DNA of 63,491 bases, filler included, from Licmophora abbreviata (lineage: Eukaryota), in the NCBI GenBank assembly GCA_900291995.1. It is 8 parts of 8 records of this genome, joined end to end, with 100 filler letters (N's around TTAATTAATTAA, not from the genome) between each part and the next. Parts side by side here need not be neighbours in the genome. Positions count along the whole stretch, not along the records: positions 56,734 to 62,171 come from OLMU01001432.1; positions 62,272 to 63,491 come from OLMU01001442.1; 6 more parts are not named here. One strand, written 5' to 3'. Below, in pieces: positions 58,814-63,491 of the stretch; positions within the stretch are counted from its first letter, which is position 1, and each line of letters opens with the position of its first letter. The notes below the pieces were generated by a model that saw nothing but the letters and a program-made list of their open reading frames with translations, made no database searches and was not told where the DNA came from. The translations under genes were made by a program, and so were the position numbers.

Positions 58814-59263
58814 GGTTCTCAATGATGAATGGAAACAAGTGAGTCTTGGAGCAATATGCTTCGCCAGAAGAGAGAGACGTTGTGACTAGTTGTGACGATG
58901 TTTCGGCGGTTCTTGCGTGGCGAATCTTCAATCTTCCTTCAAAAACTGAGCACTTTTGCCACTTCCACCTTCGGTCGGGGCGAAGGCCAGACTTTCCCTC
59001 CAAAAACACATTGCACACTCGCTATTTCAAAATGTCATACACGTCTTCAGCCCTTTTGAAATATTCACGCCATACTTCATGTTTGTATTCGAATACGAAA
59101 ATCATGAAAATTTGAAGGCCATCTCCAGCAAAGACAGACACACTCCTCGTTGCACATGGTATCCTTGCCGAGGATGAAGCATATCACATGATACACACCG
59201 TGTGGCACCGCGCCTCGAAGAACCTTCCTTGTTCATTGCGAGCCGTAACGAAAGCGTGACACT

Positions 59264-60550
59264 ATGCTAGCCTCGTCCAAGCAAAAGAAGAAGAAGCTGC
59301 GGCTGTTTCGGAATCCGTTCAAGCGCAAGGCCAAAATGGTGGACGGAATGATGAATCTTGTCATTGAGAGAATCGAGACGAGCACCACGATCGATTCTCC
59401 GCGGGACGTCGAGACAATGTTGTCGGACCTGGAGGATCCAGTTTCCTTTGATGAATGGCGTCCGGAAGACAGTGTGATCAAGGATCGAGGTGTCAGTCTG
59501 CCACCGAACGAGGAGGCGAAGGCAGAAGGAGAGAAGCAGCATGAGGAGACGGTTGACAACAATCAGTATCTTCAGATCTCCTTCGTTTCCGCGGACAAAG
59601 AGGCGACTGTGTATACAATCGAGGCTACCGAGAGCGAGTCGGAGGAGCTGGAGCTTCTCGACACCAAAGAGGTCATCGAATTTCATGGCAAGCAAGTCCT
59701 CATCGTGGAGGATGAGAATGATGTAGGTGCCGTCGAAACTCAGTTGAGCACGCTGCCTGAGACTGCCGTTGATCTCGACGACGACGTCAGTAGCACCTGC
59801 ACCCAGGCTACTCCACTTTCTACAGACGGGGAGGAATCGGTTGCGTCGGTCCACTCCGCCTCGGACTTGACGGCACTGATAGAGGCAGAGATTTCGACCC
59901 CGACGCGGGTCAATCGGACATCAGCTCCTGCGGTCCGGACTAGCGCCGACATTATGTCCAGGGGCAAGGAAGAGGAAGACCTACCAGTCTGGTCTATGGA
60001 TGTCGATGACGACACGACCTTCCAAAATCTGGACAACGTTCCCGATGAAAGTATTGCTTTTGAGACTGAACTCGAATCCGACTTGGACTCCAAGGTGCGA
60101 CTCGAAGAAGCAAAACCTCCCGCGCTCAGTACAGATGACGATGAGTCATCTCAACTTGCCTCTTCGTCCTCGTTGCAGGAATACGAGACTCGACAAGAGA
60201 CCTTGTCCCCAGTCGATAGTATCCTTGATGCAAGTGATGGAGAGGACGAGAATGCATCGGAAGACGAGACCGAGTCGAGTCCTGCCCCAACGCCCGACCA
60301 ACTTGTAGCCTCAGTCATGAGCGATGAACGTTCCGATGAACGCTCCGATATGGAGTCGCTGGTCACTTTGGCTACACCACATTCGTTGAGTGTGATGGGT
60401 AGCGATGGTACCGACGGACAGTCGACCAGCTCGGCGGACGACGATGACGACCTCAGTGACTCGGGCGTCGTGTCGGAGGTGGGCGAGATGATGTCAGAAA
60501 TCAAGGCGAGCGGTGGAAAGGTTGTCATGGAGTGGCTCGATATGCGATAA
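59264..60550 (+). CDS. Hypothetical low-complexity acidic (D/E/S-rich) protein with a basic N-terminus
   Basis: 428-aa ORF beginning KQKKKKLRLFRNPFKRK. No recognisable domain. Confidence 0.65.
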   Translation: MLASSKQKKKKLRLFRNPFKRKAKMVDGMMNLVIERIETSTTIDSPRDVETMLSDLEDPVSFDEWRPEDSVIKDRGVSLPPNEEAKAEGEKQHEETVDNNQYLQISFVSADKEATVYTIEATESESEELELLDTKEVIEFHGKQVLIVEDENDVGAVETQLSTLPETAVDLDDDVSSTCTQATPLSTDGEESVASVHSASDLTALIEAEISTPTRVNRTSAPAVRTSADIMSRGKEEEDLPVWSMDVDDDTTFQNLDNVPDESIAFETELESDLDSKVRLEEAKPPALSTDDDESSQLASSSSLQEYETRQETLSPVDSILDASDGEDENASEDETESSPAPTPDQLVASVMSDERSDERSDMESLVTLATPHSLSVMGSDGTDGQSTSSADDDDDLSDSGVVSEVGEMMSEIKASGGKVVMEWLDMR

Positions 60551-60705
60551 AAAAACCTTACCGTACGAGTAGTTGTGCCTGGCGTCACAAGACGACTGGG
60601 CACATGGAAGAAATTTCTAACCGGCAAACATGTTTAAGTAGGTTCAATCTAATACCAAAGACCTGTGCCTCGACTACAAGATAGCAGAGAACGAGAGTGT
60701 CTTCT

Positions 60706-62171
60706 CTAGCCAAACAAAAGAATGTCCTCTTCTATGCCAGATACCTTCGTGAGTGGTTCTGTTCCGTGCCATGAATCAATGGCAGCTCCGTTGAACACCA
60801 TGAACTTGTTATCTTTCCTTGCAAACAGCTCTTCGTTAATCTGTTCAAATCCCGAAAGGGTTCCGCCGCGACGTTCACCGAACGTAAAGAGCGGAGGTGC
60901 CTTCTCTTGCTGTATGTCAGCACTTGACGGTAGATTGACGCCCAGTCGAGCCGCCCGAACCACAAAGCTGTCGACTTGCTCAGTCAGACCGTCCTGGATG
61001 TTGATGCGATCTACACTCTCGACGGTGTTGAGCTTTTCTTCCTTCGTGTCTTGGATCGAAGGTGTTTCACCAAGCAAGTACGTCATCTGCATCTTGGACA
61101 TGGGAGTTGAGTCGTCGTAGAACGACGCATATAGCCGAAGAGACTCTTCTGATGTCGTATCGCTTCGTCTGCAGGCGGCGCCAGAGTTATCTAGAATTTC
61201 GGTGTACTGCTGTTCGGAAGCGACACAGCGATCCCAACCAGCGGCAACGGCCTCTTGGACACCAGGAGTGTCGACACCTCGTCGATGCAGTTCTAGATCG
61301 ACCAGTGAGACGCCATCCCTCAGATGGCCCCTGTCGCGCACGTTGGCGAGAACTGTGAGCTGCTCGTGTATTACGGTAGAAACATCGACTGCCGACGTGT
61401 TCTGCGGCAGACCCCTATAAGGACCGGACTGAAGAGTGGAATTGACGTGTGCTGATTCTGCCAACTGGTTGAGAAACAAGACTGTAAGTTGGGTTAAGTT
61501 CGACAAACAGCGCTCTTGAAACAGAAAACAGCACATGGCGGCTTACCTTCCTGATGCCGTCTACGTTGTCCGATTCGAGTGATGTCTCGTATAGGCAAGC
61601 ACGAAACTCGTCGAAGACATGCTTTCTTGAGGGATCTCGAGCATGTGTGACCGAGGGGTTTACGTACTCCTTGTAAATGTCGGGCGGCTCCTCTTGTCCA
61701 CCAAGCTGTCCTACATATTTTCGGCCGCCTTAAAATTGTGCGTAGACAAGGTCATACATTAGTTGTGTTCCACGTAAAGGATTGTCTCGCAACGACATTT
61801 GTCCCTCTTACCTGATGTACTAGCCAAATGAGCTGAATGCGCTTGCACTGCAGCTACCGTGCTCTGAAATGGCTCTAAAAAATGTCCCAACTTGGAAGCA
61901 GTCTGGGGCTCAAAGCCATATGTTTGAATGTAATCCCGAAGCGTAGGCCCCTCCTGAACAGACTGCGTCCCAGTGGAGGATCCGGCAACTTCGGACGTTC
62001 TAGATGTACGGCTTGTTGACGATTTTACTCTTCCTGAGATGGTGCGCCGGTACTCTGTAATTTCCGAGTCTTCTTCAGACTCGGGACCATGCTGGGCAGA
62101 ATGAGAGCGCCTGACGGGAATCGCCCAGCTCCGAGCGAAGAATCGATCAAACTGTGCGAGTTTGTCGGGCT
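60706..62171 (-). CDS. Hypothetical protein, 5'-truncated by the gap. Exons >62171-61812, 61728-61547, 61464-60706
   Basis: Introns GTAAGA..TTAAG and GTAAGC..ACCAG join three open frames consistently. Confidence 0.65.
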
Positions 62172-62271
62172 NNNNNNNNNNNNNNNNNNNNNNNNNNNNN
62201 NNNNNNNNNNNNNNNTTAATTAATTAANNNNNNNNNNNNNNNNNNNNNNNNNNNNNNNNNNNNNNNNNNNN
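62172..62271. other. Artificial scaffold spacer
   Basis: N44-TTAATTAATTAA-N44. Confidence 0.97.
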
Positions 62272-62557
62272 ATATTCACGAAGACATTTTTAGTATCCCA
62301 CAGACATGATGAATAATGTCGTCTTATGTAAACCACAGACATCGGCGCTCGCCATTGTACTCTTTATAGGAGACAAACAAAGATTTAACGAGCCATGTAC
62401 CATTGCCGTGAGCAAATCCGCGAACTTCGTGATGACAGACTAGTCTAGCTCTAGTCTACCCTGGTAGTCCAACGAAGGATTGATTCCTCTCTATTGTCAA
62501 GCAGTGGCATACTCAAGGCACTGCAGCTATGTACATCACCACACGCCATAGTCTTGC

Positions 62558-62583
62558 CTCTACTCTCTAGCTAGAGAGTAGAG
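62558..62583. repeat. Perfect 26-bp palindrome
   Basis: ctctactctctag|ctagagagtagag. Confidence 0.9.
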
Positions 62584-63071
62584 AGAGATCATTTGCTCCA
62601 CTCGGGCTCTCCAAAGAAGTAGCTAGAGTAGATGAGAGTTTTCTCTGCACAAGAAAGAGGAGCTCTTGGCCTTCGTCCTTTTCCTGGGCAAAGGCCTGGG
62701 GTGTCTAGCAGACTACGCTGTGCTCGTTCACACTTCTTTTGACTTACACGGTCTGCCCTTCGATCAGACGGAATTTGGAATTTGCAAGTTTCAAATTTCA
62801 TGGCGACGCGTGGCACCAAAAGTTCCTACGCGATTGTGATACGTAGATTTCTTACCAGCCGTAGAATAGGTACCATTTCCTACGTACGTTACATTCACCG
62901 CATGGCCGGGACACAACATCTGATGCATATTCCCATGGCAAACAAGACTGTGGTGTTTGTCGAAGACGCTCGTTGCATTCATCGTGTCGGCGACTCTCAT
63001 TGTCGTATCGTATCATCATACTTCTTGTACAGAAGAGCTTGGCGTTTTGAATTATAAGAATTGAAAAATTG

Positions 63072-63491
63072 ATGGCACAGCAAGCATCGACAACCATGCC
63101 ATCACCATCCCTGACTTCAAGGAACAACAACTTGTCATCCGCCTCTGCATCCTGGATTTCCATGCACGATCATTCCTCGTCGTCGATCGGAAGCAACGCA
63201 GTTCGATCGAGTCCTATCGCGATTGTACAAAACGACGGAAATAACCAACAGCGGAGAAAAGAAAACGATGACTCGAGTGACTCGTCTGCCTCACAGGCGT
63301 CAAGTACGTTCGACGTGTTCGAGGACAAGGAGGACGAACAGAGACTCATGGTGGGATCGCTTCCATCCCGATCACCTTCACTGAATCCATGGACTCGACG
63401 AAGCAGTCGAAGTAGACATGGCAATAAGCATGGCTCTCTATTGGCGACGTCGCTTCCATCTGCACCCGTGCTGAGGGCGCGAGGCGGACCC
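63072..63491 (+). CDS. 5' part of a Ser-rich hypothetical protein running off the window end
   Basis: ATG at 63072 (MAQQASTTMPSPS...) with 140 open codons to the end. It is absent from the ORF track because it has no stop. Confidence 0.55.
   Translation, partial: MAQQASTTMPSPSLTSRNNNLSSASASWISMHDHSSSSIGSNAVRSSPIAIVQNDGNNQQRRKENDDSSDSSASQASSTFDVFEDKEDEQRLMVGSLPSRSPSLNPWTRRSSRSRHGNKHGSLLATSLPSAPVLRARGGP

Noticed and set aside
19253..62271. Seven identical TTAATTAATTAA motifs as a biological repeat or array
   Set aside because: Each is centred in exactly 44+44 N. This is an artificial contig linker with stops in six frames, and ORFs ending in X..LIN are artefacts of it.
1..63491. Transposons, rRNA/tRNA genes, or a prokaryotic operon/defence system
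   Set aside because: No transposase, reverse transcriptase or integrase motifs, terminal repeats or tRNA/rRNA signatures were seen. The genes have spliceosomal introns and eukaryotic functions.

Overview
Gene-dense eukaryotic nuclear DNA, most likely from a pennate diatom. That is an inference from short GT-AG introns, bipartite signal/transit leaders, a nucleus-encoded Ycf34, a signal-peptide-bearing proteasome alpha subunit and a DUF6824-type protein. About 31 protein-coding genes can be modelled by hand, including an EH-domain endocytic adaptor, an MnmM/YtqB-like methyltransferase, RPS8, eIF1A, Ycf34, PLC, NOB1, a PHD-HMG-bromo-SET protein, LAMTOR4, SF3B3, a cupin, a MINDY deubiquitinase, ATG3, cyanase, MLH1, RNR R2, CDC27, a TMX3-like PDI and two CRAL-TRIO proteins. 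Seven artificial 100-bp scaffold spacers (N44-TTAATTAATTAA-N44) interrupt the window. I found no rRNA, tRNA, CRISPR array or recognisable transposon. The most striking object is a 3-exon gene at 44533-48025 that fuses myo-inositol-1-phosphate synthase to a PfkB sugar kinase with an HMG-box inserted inside the kinase. Other highlights are a probably plastid-targeted methyltransferase with a repeated-motif disordered N-terminus, an RNR small subunit with a signal peptide and RGG leader, a cyanase with a mitochondrial-type leader, and a candidate C/D-box RNA. All family calls rest on motif recognition by eye; no searches were run.
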